64,000 nucleotides of DNA, taken from the NCBI GenBank assembly GCA_963693095.2, contig OY843768.1:1280001-1344000 (forward strand). Direction: 5' to 3'. How positions within the stretch are numbered: position 1 is the first letter of the stretch; the number at the start of each line of letters is the position of its first letter. This document shows, one piece after another, positions 1 through 15,000 of the stretch. The notes beneath the pieces are model-generated. The model saw nothing but the letters and a program-made list of their open reading frames with translations. It ran no database searches and was not told where the DNA came from. The translations under genes and the position numbers were made by a program. The stretch is from Cenarchaeum sp. GTDB taxonomy: Archaea > Thermoproteota > Nitrososphaeria > Nitrososphaerales > Nitrosopumilaceae.

Positions 1-3000
1 GCCGGTCGCAGAGTCATGCAGCGTAAAGGCCGAGGCCGGAGGCGTGTTGACCGGCTCGCTAAAGGCGACTATGAGCGTGTCGGCATCAACAAAGCGCGCG
101 TGCAGGATTTCCGGACCGAGGCCGTCGGCGGCGACATCAGTCCAGTCTGCAGCCTCGCCTGCGTACACTATGCGCGGCGTCGCATCAGTCGCCAGTGGCG
201 CATCAATGTGCGCGCGGACCGTCTGCGCGCCTGATATATCGACGCTCGAGGAGGGCAGCGCGCCGCCAATGGAGACGCCAGAGGCCACGACACCGTCGAC
301 GCGTATGTCTGATGCTGCCACGGTCGCTGTCCCCGTGAACGTGAACGCCATGTCCACTGCAGTAGTGCTCGCCGTCGTGGCCTCAAAGAGCGGCGTATAG
401 GTGGCGCTCAGCGCAGGGCCAGAGTACGGCACAAACGCGGCGTTGGAGACGCTCGGGACGATGGTGTATGACCATCCGGCCACGGCGTCACCGGCGAGGG
501 TGAGCGTGACGGCGCTCGTGTCGGCATTGTACGAGACGCCGGCCAGCTCCACGCCAGACGTGATCACGCCATCTGTGACACTGACTGCAAAGTTGTCCGG
601 CCCGAGCGAGGCGCCGCCGGCCAGCGCGTCATCAAAGTCCACCAGTATCGCCCTTGTGCCCACAAATATCGTGGACTCGGCGACAGGTGCTGACGCGTCG
701 CGCGTGATTGCGATCCTGACATCGCCGTACGCCACTGGCACAGACGCCTGGTCCGTGAGCGCACTAGTGGCCGCCAGGTGGTACACGCCCTCTGCGCTCA
801 CCTGCGCGTTGAGATCAAGCGTGATGACTGACTCGGCTATGCCGCCGGCCGGAGACGAGCGCTCAGGCGTGCCCGTGGCCGCGGCGAGCTGCATCCCGCC
901 CGTGGCCGCATCATGCAGCGCAAAGGCCGAGGCCGGAGGCGTGACTACTGCCTCGCTAAATGCGAGCTCTATCGTGTCATCATCAACAAAGCGCGCCGAG
1001 AGTACAGTCGGCGGCGCGCCGTCAGTCGCCGTGGCCGCGCTCGTCAGTACCGCCGCACCGGCAGTCAGGCCCGTGCCGTCATAGGTGACGCGCGGCGTCG
1101 CAGCAGTCGTGGGGAGCTCCCCGTGCGTGATGACTAGCTGCGTGGCCGCCGGACTCGACGGTATGGCCGGCGTGGCCGCATCACCGGCGCCCGTGGCAGT
1201 CTCTGGCGTCGCAGTCACAGAGCCGGCTGTTGCCACCGTGGAGACTGACGCCGTGCGCACAACGTCATCGCCGTCGGCCACGGTCCAGGCACCGGCATCA
1301 AGCGTGCCGCCAAGGGACTGCGTGAACGTGACGCGCGTCTGCGTCGCGCCTATCGTCTCGGCCGTAAACGCGGGGTCGCTGTACGTGACTGTGAGCCTCG
1401 ATGCGTCAAAGGCGTTTGGCGGGACTGCCAGGTCAGCCAGCGTGGATGGCACAAAGACTGTGTACGGGACCCCGGAGATCGTGTTGGCGATGCCTAGGCG
1501 AACCACCGAGGCCGACGCGCCGGCTGCCACCGAGGTGATCTCGAGCTCGTGGCCGGTGAACGGATCGGGCCTGACCTCCCAGCCAGTCGCCGGCCTCGTG
1601 ACTGGCTCGCTGAACGCAATGTCAATGTGCGTCGAGCCGACAAAGGCCGCCGAGACCAGGCTCGGGGGAGTGGTGTCATAGGCAACTCCCGTCGTGAGCG
1701 GAATCACGGCCCGTCCGGTGCTATCGACGTACAGCCTGTACTCGTCAGAGGCCCTGCTCACCGAGGTCTCTGGCGAGTAGCGGATCACGTGCGCCGTGTC
1801 TGAGCCGAGCGCATCAGAGTCCCGCAGGGTCAGCCGCATGGTCGTGGCGCCTTCGTCGGCACGCTCGCCGAACACGAGATCGGCGCCCTCAAAGCGCACC
1901 GTGCCCAAGGTGCCCGAAGAGCCCACCCTGGGCAGGTCGTCTGGCGTGTTGTCAACGATCCAGTGCTTGCCCGTGGCCACAAACGGCACAAACACGTTCG
2001 TGCTGTCGACAAGACTGCTCACGCCGTGATACTCCCCGTCGCCCGAGACGACAGCCTCGGTGAACGTGAGCTCGACTTGCGTGGGTGAGACGATGCGTGC
2101 CGTAAAGACCGGCTGCTCGTCAGTCGTGAACGTAAAGGGTATTGTCACGAGCGGATTGTTGTCGTCTAGTGACGCGTCGCCAACCGAAAAGAACTTTTTG
2201 AGTGATGTGGGAATCTCGACTGCATACGACGGCGGTGTCGCAAGGGCAGAGTGCGAGCCATCGACGTGTAGCGTTATCGTCGAGCCATCAGGCGTGCCGA
2301 CGTATGTCGTGACCCTTGCGTCAAAGGCCTCGCCGAGTGCCACGCCGCCGGGCAGGCCAGCGCGCACGGGCGCGACGCGCAGCGTGCCCCACCCGTCAAG
2401 CTGGCTCATGCTCGCCATGCCGGCAAGCGTTCGCATGTCCGGCACGTTGTTCCCGCCAAAGTGCAGGATTATCTGCGATGCCTCGCCGGTGCCGTCACGG
2501 CGCACAATGTCCACCGGCGGGCGAACGCTCTCAGTCGAGCCGGCAAACAGTCCGCCGTTGACGTTTGCTATCGTGGCGGGCAGCACGACAGAGTACCTGC
2601 GCACGTCTGCCCTGTCGGCAAGGTCCACTATGATCGTCATTGCGTCAGCGGGGTCGATGCGTGCTGCGTGTGCCGTCGTACCGCCTATGGCCGGCGTTAT
2701 CTCGAGTGTGGACGGGACTGAGGAGGCGAGAAGGTCGTCATCAAATGTCACGCGGAGCTCCTCGTACGCCGAAAAGTCCACGCCAGAGAGCCCGATGATG
2801 CCGTCAGTTGCTACCACCGAGGCCGCCGCCACGGGGTTGTTCGTGGGCACGTCGCCTGTGCCGGCAGTCAGCGCGTCGGCGAGATAGTTGGAGCTCGGCC
2901 GCACATAGCTGACCGTCGGCGTGGCATCCTCGCCAAATGGAGTGTCGACTGTGAGCGTATAGACCGTGCGCACAAGCTCGCCTGCCGGCGTCGTCGCGCC

Positions 3001-6000
3001 AGTGAGCGTCCTGTCAGTCGCGCTCACGGCGCCCGGCTTTGTGCCGTCGACTGTCCAGTGATCCACGTTCTGGTACGCGGCCTGGCCCGAGTTGTGGATG
3101 AGCTCGCTGAACGTGACGTCGATGCTAGTCGTGCTCATCGTGCGGGCCGTGAACGTCGGAGGCGCCTTGTCCTCGAGTGACACGGGCGTGGAGGTGCCGC
3201 CGAGCTGCGCCAGCGGGTTGCCATCACGATCAGTAAGAACGCGGTAATCGGCCAACGGCATGTGCACAACGCTTGACGCCGTGAGTCCCATGAGCGGGCC
3301 GCTGCCGTCAGGGTCGTCCAGGCTAGTCAGCGTGCGCGTCGCGCCAAGGCCAATGTTCGCCACTTGAGCAAAGTTGGTAAAGACATAGTCTCTATAGACA
3401 GGGTCGTCACGGATCCACCCGAAAGCAATCGAGGTCGAAGAGACGCCGTCGACCGACCAGTCGGGTGCAAGTGTGACATCACCCACTCTCTCGCTAAAGA
3501 TGACACGCACCGTGTCCGCAGACGTGAGCTGGGCACGGAACTCGGGCGGAGTCAAGCCCTCCACTGGAATCTGGACCCTCGAGCCGGCCGGATAGCTGTT
3601 GTTGCCGTCTGTGTCAGTCACGAGCGGCAAGATGACTTCATAGTCCACCCCCACTGCTGCCAGGATTTGCGTCTTTAGCGTGACTGTTGCGGTGTTTGCC
3701 GTCATGTCATTGATCCGCGAGGGTGTGACTGTGCCGAGGGCCTGGGCGTTCTGGCCCAGGAGCGTCACGGTAAAGTCGAGGCCCACGACGTCGTTGATCT
3801 GGTCGTCGTACACGATGGATATGCTGCGGGACGGGCCAAACCCTATGTACGTGATGATCGGTGCGGTCGTGTCAGCCGGTCCGACTCCGATCGCCGTGGT
3901 ACTGCTGGTGCCCCGCCCGGGGCCGCCGCCGGCAGCATCCAGTTGCGGGGACCTGATGGTGTATGTGGTGCCCTCTGTGGCATCATTCTCGGTAACTAGC
4001 GTGATCGTGAACGTGGACGTGTCGGCGTCCGCCGAGTATGTCGCAGTGACCGTGCCGAGGGAGGGGCTGACGGAGAACCCTGTGGAGCCGGGATCCTCCA
4101 CATCTATGTTGAGGGTGAGCACAATGCGCTTGGACGTCACAAAGTGCGCCCCGAGGATCTCTGGGAACACAATGACTGTCGAAACCGGAGAGATCGTGCC
4201 GGCAGCAGAGGAGACGCCGGCAAGGTTGGTTATTGGCGGGTATGACACCTCGTATGCGTCCCCTGTCCCGGCATTCTCCGTGGTGAGCAGGATAGTCGCG
4301 GCGTCTGTCATCTCGTCGTTGACTCTGATCGCCGAGACTGCGCCAAAGGCCTGCGCAGTGCCGCCCGGCAGCGACACGGTAAAGGCGAGTGTGGAGACGT
4401 CTGTGATGCGGTCGTCCACGTCGATCGTTATCGTGTATGGCGTGGTGCGCTCCACGTCAGAGAGAACCGGCGCCGTCGTGTCCATATATGTCGCCGAGAG
4501 CGTCACGGGGCTTTCGCTTCGCTCTTGGAGATCCCTTACGACAGGGTATCGGATCGTATAGGTCTGGCCAGCCGTCGCCGACGTGACCGTGGTGATGGTG
4601 AACGTGTCAGCCGCAGCCGAGTACGCCGCCGTGAGGCCGCCTAGGGCAGGCGTGACTATAAACGCCTGGATACTTGTGGGATCCCCGGCGACCGTTGCCG
4701 TTCTGACAAATCCGACGTCTCGTTCGATGAGATCCTCATTCACGTCGATCACTATCGTGTTGGCGTCAGTAAAGCGCGCGTTGGACGCACGCGCCGGCGT
4801 CGTGTCAGAGGCCAATGCGTCAGTGCGGCCAGCTGTCGCCGCATTGCCGTCCGTGTCAGTTATTGCCGGATATGACACATAGTACATGGGCGGGTCATCA
4901 AAGGAGACGGCGCTGGCGAGCTTGAGGGTGATCGTCGCCGTGTCTGTAGCGATGTCGTTCACGCGCGAGGCCGTGATCGTGTTGACTTGCACTAGCGGCA
5001 TGGCCGGTGAGCCCGGCGTGTTGTGCTCTAGCTGGAACGTTAGGCTCGCGACGTCCTCGATCCGGTCATCGACGTCTATCTCTATGAGATCCTGCGAGAT
5101 GAACCTCGCGTTTGATAGGACAGGCGGCACGGTGTCTGCCCTCGTGACCCCGAGATTGACGCCGCCGCGGTCGTGCGTGTTGCCGAGGAGGTCAGGCACT
5201 CGGGGGAAGAGAATCCGGTAGGGCGTGCCCTCGGCGGCTGCGATCGCAGTCACCAGCGTGATCGTCGCCGTGTCCGCGTCGCTGTCGTTCACGCGCGAGG
5301 CCGTGACTGTGCCAAGAGTGGTCGAGCCCGAGCGCACCCTGAACTCACTGCCCTCGACGGGGCCGATCTGCTCGTTGACGTCGATGACTATCGTGTTGGC
5401 GTCAGTAAAGCGCGCATTGTGGAATATCGGCGGTGACGTGTCACGCGAGGTCGCGGTGAGCTCGCCGGCGGCAAGCGTGTTGCCCACAACGTCAGAGATC
5501 GACGGGTACTCTATGACATAGGCAGTCTCACTAGTCGCAGCATCAGTCGTCCTCAGTATGATCTTGTCCCTGGCCGGATAATAGACGTATGACACGTCGC
5601 CGAGGCTGGTTGCGCGATCCGAGGCGAGCTCGACGGCAAAGACGAGCGCTCCCGTGTCGGCAATCTCCTCGCTCACGTCGATCTCGATCGTGCGCGAGTT
5701 GACAAATGTCGCGCCTGAGAGCGCAGGCAGCGTCGTGTCATACCTTGCGTCGATGCTAGCCGAATGGTCGTCGTCCTCTCCGTCCTCGGTGATGTCAGCA
5801 GACGCTATCCGATACGTCGTGCTCTCTGTCGCCGCAGCCACCGTGAGCGTTATCGTGTTGGTCGTGGCGTCAAATGACGGCAGCGTGCCAGTGCTCACGG
5901 TGAGCGTGTCTGTGAGGTCAGGCAGCGCGCTGACTGTGAACGTGCCTACCGGCGAGGCCGAGATCGCCTCGCTCGTCGTGATCTCTATGATCGTTGGGGA

Positions 6001-9000
6001 CGTGAATTGTGCCCCTGTGAACGTCGGCGGCGCCTCGTCAGTCAGCGTGGACGGCGAGGTCGGAATCGTGTTACCTGCCTCGTCCCTAAACGGTGAGCTC
6101 GCCGGCGGCGTGTAGACGATCGAGGCCGGCGTGAGCGCCGGTGATGACGTGAGGTCAGTGGCGCGCGAGGCACCAAGTGTGAGCACAATGCCGGAGGTAG
6201 ACGACACCGAGCCTATTGCCTGGCCTCCCACCGTCCAGTTCGCACTAGAGATCGAGCCGGTCACGGTTTCGCTAAAGTCCAGCGCTATGGTCGACGAGCT
6301 TGTGAGGCGCGCGCCAAAGATAAGCGGCGCGCCGTCAGTGGCCGCAGTGTCGCGCGTGGCGACATCCGAGGTGCCCTCGGCGAGGAACCCGCCGGCCGGC
6401 CTGTCGGCAGGCTTTGCGTACGCGACTTGCGGCGTGGCCGCCGTCGAGGAGAGCGCAGGGTGCGTGATGAGCAGGTGCTTGGCAGTCGAGGCGTCCGGTA
6501 TGGCAATCGGGGTGTCTGCCGTGGCCGCAGTCGTCGTCGCGGTGCCGTCGGCCTCAGCAGTCGCCACGCTCGACGGCGTGTGCTCCACGTTCATCGAGTC
6601 GGCCGTGTCGTTGTCCGTGACCGTCCAGTCGTCCACGTCGAGCGTGCCCTCGAGCGCGGCGCCGGTAAACGTGACGAGCGTAGTCGTGAGGCTCCTCGTG
6701 GCTGCCGTGAAGGGGCTCACCACGACGGGCGCCGTGTACGCCACCGTCTCGGCCACGGCCACAAGCGCGTTGCCGGCTAGGTCGAGGACCGTGGCAGGTA
6801 TGCTTACTGCATAGTCCCCGTCCGTGTCGGCGTTAACGTCGACGCTGATAGTCATGCCGCTCGCCGTCGCACCGTACGGCGTCGGGACTCCAGACGGCGG
6901 CGTGACCGATATGTCGCCGGTGACCGTGACGTTCTCGCTGAACGTGAGGACGATGTCATTGCCGTCAAACGCCGAGCTCACAAACGTCGGCGCAACCTTG
7001 TCCACGATGGGCACGTCATCGGCCGTGCTGCCCGTCGCAAAGCCCGACTCGGCCACCGCGCCTGACGCCGTCGTTATCGTGCCGGCCACCGTGCCGTCGG
7101 TGACCGATATCGAGAGGGCCATCGTGCCCTCGGGCGCCGAGACGCCCACGGACAGGTCGTACGTCCACTCATTCGGCTCCCCTGTGACGGCGTTCATGTC
7201 GATGTTCGTGACCCCGGCCCCGTTGAGGACGGGCCTCGCGGTGATCGCCTCGTTGAGCGTGAGCCGTATGCTCACGTCGTCGTTGAGCTTTGCGTAGAGC
7301 TCCGAGGCGCCGGACTTTGCCATGTCGGCAGTCACGAAGCCGTCGTACACCGTAAAGGACATCGCAGTCGCCAGCGGCGGCGCGTCATAGGTCGCCGTGG
7401 CCGCCGCGCCGGCGTACGCGTTGCCGGCCCTGTCGGTGACGGCCGCCAGCGCGACAGAGTACGACCCGCCCTCGACTGGGAGCGCCGTGACGGTGAGGAC
7501 TGCGTCCTGCGCGTCTGCGTCCCTCGGGCCGGGCGTGCCCGGCGCCGGCGGCGTGAGCTGCAGCGTGGCCGGAGAGACCACGTTCTCGCTGAACGTGATG
7601 ACAAGCGAGCGGCCCGAGAAGGCCGCGGACACTAGCGTCGGCGCCGTGCTGTCAATGGTGGGCAGCGCCGTAGGCGCGGCGCCCACGTGGCCGGCCGTCG
7701 GCGTTATAGGCATCGACGCGCCGGCGGCGTTGGCCGCAGTTATCGTAAAGTCCAGCTCGCCCTCGGGCGTCGTGTCCGAGACGGCGAGGTCATAGTGCCA
7801 CGTGCTCGCGTTGCCGTCTCCCCTGTCGTCCATCGAGGCGCCAGTCGTGCCGGCCACGTCTATGGTCGGCGTGTCCGAGACGTCCTCGTCGAGCGTGAGC
7901 AGGAGGCGGACCGTCTCGCCCTCTTTTGCGTGCAGCGCATAGTCGCCGCCCTTTAGCGTGTTGGTGCCCGGGGCCGACGTGTGGACCTCAAAGGAGATCG
8001 AGGCGGCCCTCGGCGGCGCGCCGAACTCGGCGCCTCCCGGCACGGCCGTGTTGGCAGTCAGGCCGTTCCCCCCCTCGTCGTCTATCCCGCTCAGGATCAG
8101 GGCGTACGTGCCCTCGGCCACACTGTCGCGCAGCTCGAAGCGCAGGCCGGTGTTCGGCCCGTGCTCGTCACCGGGCGGATCAAAGGGGTTGGGGGCCGCA
8201 TCCGTGGACACTGGCGCCGTGCCCGTGGTGACCTCGGCGCCGTTGGCGGTGACCGACAGGGGGAGGGTGGTGGGCCTCACGACTGCCTCGCTAAAGATGA
8301 CCTCTACGGCGTTGGCCGCCGTAAAGCTGCCCTCCACAGGGGCCGGCGGCGCGCCGTCGGTGGCGGTGACGGGGCTCATGCCAGTCGAGTCCACCGCGTT
8401 GCCGACCCTGTCGGCCAGGAGCGCCTGCCCCGTGGCCAGATCGCCCTCGGCCGGCCGCACGTACGAGACCTCCGGCGTCGAGGCCGTCGAGGGGAGATCG
8501 CCGTGGTGGAGGATCACCGTGAGCTCCCCGCGCGGCCCTGTCGTGTCTGCGCCCATTGGCGCCTCGCCGGGCAGGTTCACGCCCGTGACGGTGGGCGTGG
8601 AGCCCCCGTCCGAGACTGACCAGTCGGCCGCGCGCGCCGTGCCCACGATCGGCTCGGCGAATGTGAGCGCCGTGCGCCCCGGAGCCTGCGTCCTGGCCGT
8701 GAACGCCGGCGGCGTGGTGTCCTCCACGGCAGACGAGGTCCCGTCGGCCAGCGCGTTGCCGGCCGCGTCGACTAGCGAGCCGGCCCTGTCCGTCTCGCCG
8801 TCCGACGGGACGTCGAGCGTGAGCGTGATCGGCCTGTCCGCGTGGAAGATGTTATAGCTGGGGTCGAACCGTCCAACGCCCGCCGCGGGCACGACCGTGG
8901 CGGTGCCGGCGGCCAGGTCAACGGTGGCCGTCACGGCGCCCAGCGTGGCGTCGGCGGTGTCCCCGAGGTTCCTCCCGCTGAACGTCCAGTCGTCCTCATT

Positions 9001-12000
9001 CGGCAGCGTCTTGCCGGTGGCCATCGAGACGGTCTCGGAGAAGGTCACGGTGTGGACTGGGCTAGCGGTGCCGGTCAGCGGCCTCTCTACCGTAAACGTC
9101 GGCGGCGCGCCGTCAGTCACTGTCTCGGCCGTGGCCGTGTCGCCAGCAGAGGCCGCAAGGTGGAGCGTTGCAGAGTTTTGGATCGTGTTGGTGCCACTAG
9201 ACGGGCGCGTATAGACCACGTTCGCCGTGGTGATCGCAGTCAGGCCGCCGGTGCCGTCGGGGTCCTCCAGGCCCGTGGAGGGGCGCTCGATGAGCTCGAG
9301 GACGATCTCTGTGTCGCCAAAGGGCGAGGACGGCGTGACTGTGCTGACCACAGAGCCGCCGACGCGCCACTCAGTTGCCGCCGTCGCGCCAACGACTGGA
9401 TCGCTAAACGTGATCGTCACGGTGTCCGCCGAGGTCAGCTCGGCGTCAAACGTCGGCGCAGTCGTGTCCACCGCGAACGTTGCCGTCACGGAGGCGGTGG
9501 CAAGCGCGTTACCCGAGACGTCCTCTATATCCGTGGAGAGCTCAACAGAGTAGGTGCCGGCAGCCGGCGAGGAGATCGGGACTGTCACCCTAAATTCGCC
9601 GTCATTGTGGTTCACGGTCACGCCGCTAGTGGTGGACGCAGGCGTCGTGACCTGCAGGCTCGAGGGCATGTCGTTGACCGGCTCGCTGAACAGGATAAAG
9701 ATCTCGCTGCCAAAGAAGACGGCCCTGGCCGTCGGCGCGGTCAGGTCTATGGTCGGCACGGTGACGGTGACCCCAGTGTCCAGGCCGGAGGACTGCGTTA
9801 TGGTCGCATCGTTGCTCGCCGCGTCGGCGGCCATGATCGTGAACTCAAAGGCCGCCTCGCCCGAGGAGGACGTCACGGCCAGGTCGTGGCGCCATGTCGT
9901 GGCGGCGCTGTCGCCGGCGTCGCCCATCGGCGTCGCCGTCGGCGTCCTGCCCGCGCCGGGCACCACTATCGTCGGCGCGCCGGCGGCGTCCTCGTTGAGC
10001 GTCAGTATCAGGCGGATCGTGTCCCCGTCGCTGGCGAGCAGCCTGCTGTCGCCGGACTTTAGCGTGCCGGCATCCGGCGTGCCGTCGTACACCTCGAAGG
10101 CTATCGAGCTTGCGACTGGCGCCGTCGTGTCTGACGTCGAGCGCGTCGCAGTCACAGTCGCGCCGGACACGGTATTGCCATGAAGGTCACTGACTTGCGG
10201 GTCGGGGGTGACCGTGTACTCCCTGGCGGCGACGGCGTCAGCGGCCAGCGTGAGCGTGTACGCGTCGGGAGCCGTTTGCGCGACGGATGCCACGTCCACG
10301 TTGCCCATAGGCGATGTCACCGTCCACCCGTCGTCTGTCGCGTACCCCAGACCGGCAGGAGCCATGGTGAACACGACAACCTCGCTAAACATGACTGTGA
10401 TCATGCGGGCGCCCGCAAACGCGGCGGACGCGGCTGTCGGGCCCGTTTGGTCATTGGCGGAGGCGACCACGGTGGCGCTCTGCAGGCTGTTGGCCGTGCC
10501 GCCGGGCACCACGTCAGAGAGCCCGTCAGACGGCATCGTAAACCTCACCGTGGGGGTCTCCGTTATCGCCCACTTGAGATTATCGTTGTGGAGTTGCGTA
10601 AGCCCGACATACAGCAGGCCGGTGAACGGTGGGTCAGGCGGTATCGTGACGTCTCCCCTAGTACCACTAGTCGCTCCATTGTCCGTGGTCGCCGCCGCTG
10701 CCGCAGTCAGGGTCGTTTGGTCGGCGTCAAGCACGCCCACTGCCCACTCGGCGGCCATTGTCGTGCCCTGTATGGGCTCGTCGAACTTTACCACGACATG
10801 CGTGGTGTTGAACACGCGCGCCGTGAACGTCGGCGCCGTGGTGTCAGTCTGCGTCGATGCCGTGTACGTCGCCATCACCGTGGCGCCGTCGCCTATCTCG
10901 TTGGCCGGCACGGCAAGGTCGGCGATGTCGTCGGCCAGGTTGATCGTGTACTCCGTGCCGGACGTGGCCGCCGAGACGGTGAGCGTGTACTCGTCGTCTG
11001 TGTGGTCCACGCCTGACACGGCCAGGCCGGTCACAGACCAGTCGCCTGATGCCGAGGAGAAGCCGGTCTCGCCGGTCACGGTCTCGCTGAACTCCACGAT
11101 GATCGTCGTGGCGCCGTCGAACTCGGCCTCAAACGTCGGCGTCGCCCCGTCGGCTATCGCCGTGGCCTGCAGGGCGGTGCCGGAGGTGCCAAGGTCGTTG
11201 TCCGCGTTGTCCTCTATTGCCCCCTGGGACGGCGCCGTGTACGTGACGCCCGCGGCAGTCAGTCCGCCGAGGTCGGTGCTTGGGCGCGATGCGGCGAGCG
11301 TGATGTAGAGATCCTCGGTGTCGGCGAGCGTCACGGTGCTCACGCCCGTCGCGCCTTCAGTCAGCGAGAGCGACGCGGGGGCAGAGCCGGCCACTGCCCA
11401 CTCGCCAAACGCCGTCGAGCCGTCAACGTCCTCGCTAAAGGTGATCTTTACCGTGTCCGCAGACATTAGCTCTGCGCTAAACGTCGGCACAATGCCGTCA
11501 GCAGCACGCACGCCAGTCGTGATGAGCGGCGCGCCATTGGCGCCCTCAAGGTCGGCTGCGTCGCCGGGCACGTACGTTATGATCGGCGCCTGTGTCACCG
11601 TCAGCGGCGCGTGCGTGAGCGTGACTGTGGGCGCAGTGCCAGCCGCCGTGACTGCCGCAAGCGAGACGAGCCTCTGCGAGGCAGAGACGAACGGCTCTCC
11701 GTCGGCCCTCGCCGAGTCCTCGACGCGCCACTCCACCTCGTCGAGGTCAGTCGACGTCGTGACTGACGAGGCCAGCGCGCCGCCAAACGCGAGGACAGTG
11801 GTCATCGTCGACGTCGCGCGCGCCGTGTAGGCCAGCGGCGCAACGACCGTGTGCGTCTCAGAGGCGGCGGTGCCGGCGTACGCGTTGCCCACGGTGTCAG
11901 TCACCGTGGTAGCCGGCGTGACCGTGTACGTCGTGCCCTCGACGAGCGGGGAGTCAAGCGTGATGACGACCTGCGTGCGAGGCGCGTCAGTCCTCGACCT

Positions 12001-15000
12001 CAACGGAGCCTGGCCAATGAGCACGCCATCGTCTATGCCAGGCGTGCTCGTGTCGTCTGCGATGACACTTGCCGTTCCGGGCGACAGCATCACGGGGAGC
12101 GATGTCCTGGTGAGCGTCTGGCGATTCATGAATTCGTTGAACGTCAGCGTTATCGTCGAGCGCGTTGTCGACTCGTTCGTTTCGGTCGTTACAGGGTTGT
12201 CAAGAGGCGTGCCGAGCACGATGGTCTCAACAGTCGGCGCCGTCGTGTCGACTGTCACTGCCAGGGGCCGCGGCGCCTGGCTCGGCAGGCCCGTCGTGAC
12301 ATGCTCTATCCTCTCAGTCGGCATGCCCTGGTCAACTGTCGTCGCGACGTGCGAGACGACTGTGTCTGCGCCCACGTCTATCCAGAGCGACAGGAGGCCG
12401 TCGGGGTCTGTGGCCGCCACGGTGTGCGTGTTCGTGTACGTGTTGGGCAGCACGCCCAGGCTGCTACTGTCCAGGGCCATGGCAGTTGCCGTCGCGCCTG
12501 TCGTAAAGAGCCTGATCTGCGGCGCCGAGGCCGGCGTTGAGTCAAGCGTGATGCTGAACGTGACCTTGTAGCCCGGACCGACAAGAGTCGGCGGGATCGC
12601 GGGGGTGTCGCCGGCGGCGAGCGTGCGCAGCGTGAGTGACGTGGCGGACGGCACGATGGAGCCCATTATGCCGTCAGTTGCCATAACCGTCGCAACCCCC
12701 AGCTCGTTGGACGTGGGCGTCTCCGTGTCGCGCAGGCCCCTTGCCGGCGATGACGGGGGCGGGAGCGGAGCCGCATCAGATGCCGGTGCCGTGTATATCA
12801 CGCTCGGCGTATCATCAGCCCCGAGGGTTGGGCTGAGCTGCAGTGTCATCGAGGTGATCGGGTCGGCGATTCTCACGATCATCGGGCCCAGGACCAGCGG
12901 CGGTGGCTGTGCAATGCCTCCGACAAATCTCGGAATCATCGACGTCCTGGCGGGCACGCCGTCGACTGTCGTCGCCGTGATTCCCGTGGGCGTGGTGCCG
13001 CCGACGCTCCAGTCGACTGTAGCCGTTGCGCCATAGACCTGCTCGTCGAACGTTATCGTGACGTGGCCGGGCCTGACGGTCTCGGCGGTGAACGTTGGCG
13101 CCGTCATGTCAGCGGCGACCTTTGGCGTGACTAGCAGTGCATTGCCCGAGTATGCGTTGGAGTTTGCGTCCATTATCGTAGCCGGTGTCGCCACGGAGAG
13201 CTCGACTTCGGCAGTCGCGTCCCCGGCGAGCGTGATGGTGACTGTCGAGAAGGGCGCCGACGTGGCGTACATTGGAGTGGTTGTCTCGTGCAGTGGGACT
13301 GTCGCGCCGCCCTGTTCGTTCACCGTGATCGTGTACGTGCTCGGCAATGTGTCCTCATCGAGCGGCTCGCTGAACGTGATGACGATCACGTTGAGGCCAT
13401 CAATCGTGATCCGCGCAGTCGGCGGCGCCTTGTCCTCCGCCAATACCGTGACTGGCGTGCCGACGGTGCCCCGATCGGCGCTGCCGTCGTTCAGGACGGC
13501 GGTGCCAGACGGCCTGGTATACGACACTGTGGGCGTGGCCGCAGTGTGGGCCAGCGCGTCATCGCGGGCCAGGTGCAGCGTGATCGTTGCGGCATCCGTC
13601 AGCTCCTGCATGCCCGCAAGCGGGCTGCCGTCCCCGACTGTGATGCGATCAGGCGTCGCGGTGCCCACGCGCCACTCGGCCGGCGCAGTCATGCCCGTGA
13701 CCGCAGGCACAAACGTGACCAGTACATCCCTGTTTGATCTCGTCTCGGCCGTAAAGAAGACTGACGGGTCTGACACCATGGTAGACTCGGCGGCGAGAAC
13801 ATCGTTTGCCGGCGTGGCGAGATCGTCGATCGTGTCGGCGACATTGACGGTGTACGACGTGCCGGGTGCGGCACCCGAGCCCAGCGTGAGCGTGTACGTC
13901 GCCGGAGACGCAAAGGCGACGCCGGTCACGTCAAGGTCGCCTCCTGAGGCAGTCACGGTCCAGCCGGCAGTCCCTGAGGGGGAGACGTCAGTCACGGCCT
14001 CGCTAAAGGTCACAGTTATCATATTGTACTCGGTGAACGTGGCGCTCATTATCTCCGGCCCTAGGGCGTCAGTCGCAGCCACCGTGACCGCAGACGTCGC
14101 GGAGTCAAGCGCTATGGCGTTGCGGGCAGCGTCGACTATGTCCGTGCCCGTGTACTCTACTGTCGGCGCAAATGACGTGTCGGCGATCGTCGCGTAAGTG
14201 AGCGTCACCGTGCTGCCCGAAACGTCGACGCCGGAGATCATAGCCTCCGTCGCGCCGTCCTCTGCAGACCACTCGGTGGCGACGCCGGCTCCCGTGACGG
14301 CTTCTGAGAGCGTGACAGTCAGCATGCCCGTCGTCGCCGTGGCCGCCGAGGAGAGCGTCGGCGCGTCCGAGTCGACTGTCACGTTCGTGCCCTCCAGGTC
14401 AGCCTGCGTGTACGTCGCCTCGTTGCCCGCAGTGTCGCGTATCGTCAGGGTGAACATGAGCAGGCCGCCGGCATCCGAGTCGAGTATTTTGCGCGAGTAG
14501 AAGTAATCGCTGAGCGTGCCGTCGACCACCGGGCCGGTGATGAACACAAGGTCGGCGGCAGTCGTCGTCCCAAAGAGCGCAATGTCGCTGGATGCCGCGA
14601 CGAGCGGCTCGCTGGCATCCGCGTTGACGATGACGAAGTCATCGATGCCGGCAAGGGTGACAGTGGACGAGGCTGACTGATCGCCCTCGAGCCTCACGCT
14701 CGCAGTCAGCATCGCCGTCGGCGCGACGCGGTCGATCGTCGGCGGCGCCGTAGCCGACAGGGTCGCCTCGTCCACAGGGCGCGTCGAGCCCGAGGCGGCC
14801 GTCACCGTCGCGTCAAACGTGAACGCGCCGTCGATGGTGCCTGCAGACTCTACGACATACGTCGCGCGCCACTCGTTCGTGCTCCCGACGCGCGCCATGG
14901 CCACCGTGTTGGCGTCGTCTGCCATCGTGGCCGGATCGTCAGTCTTGCCCACAAAGAGCACGCTCACCGAGGTCGCCTCGCCGTCAAGCGTGATCGAGAG

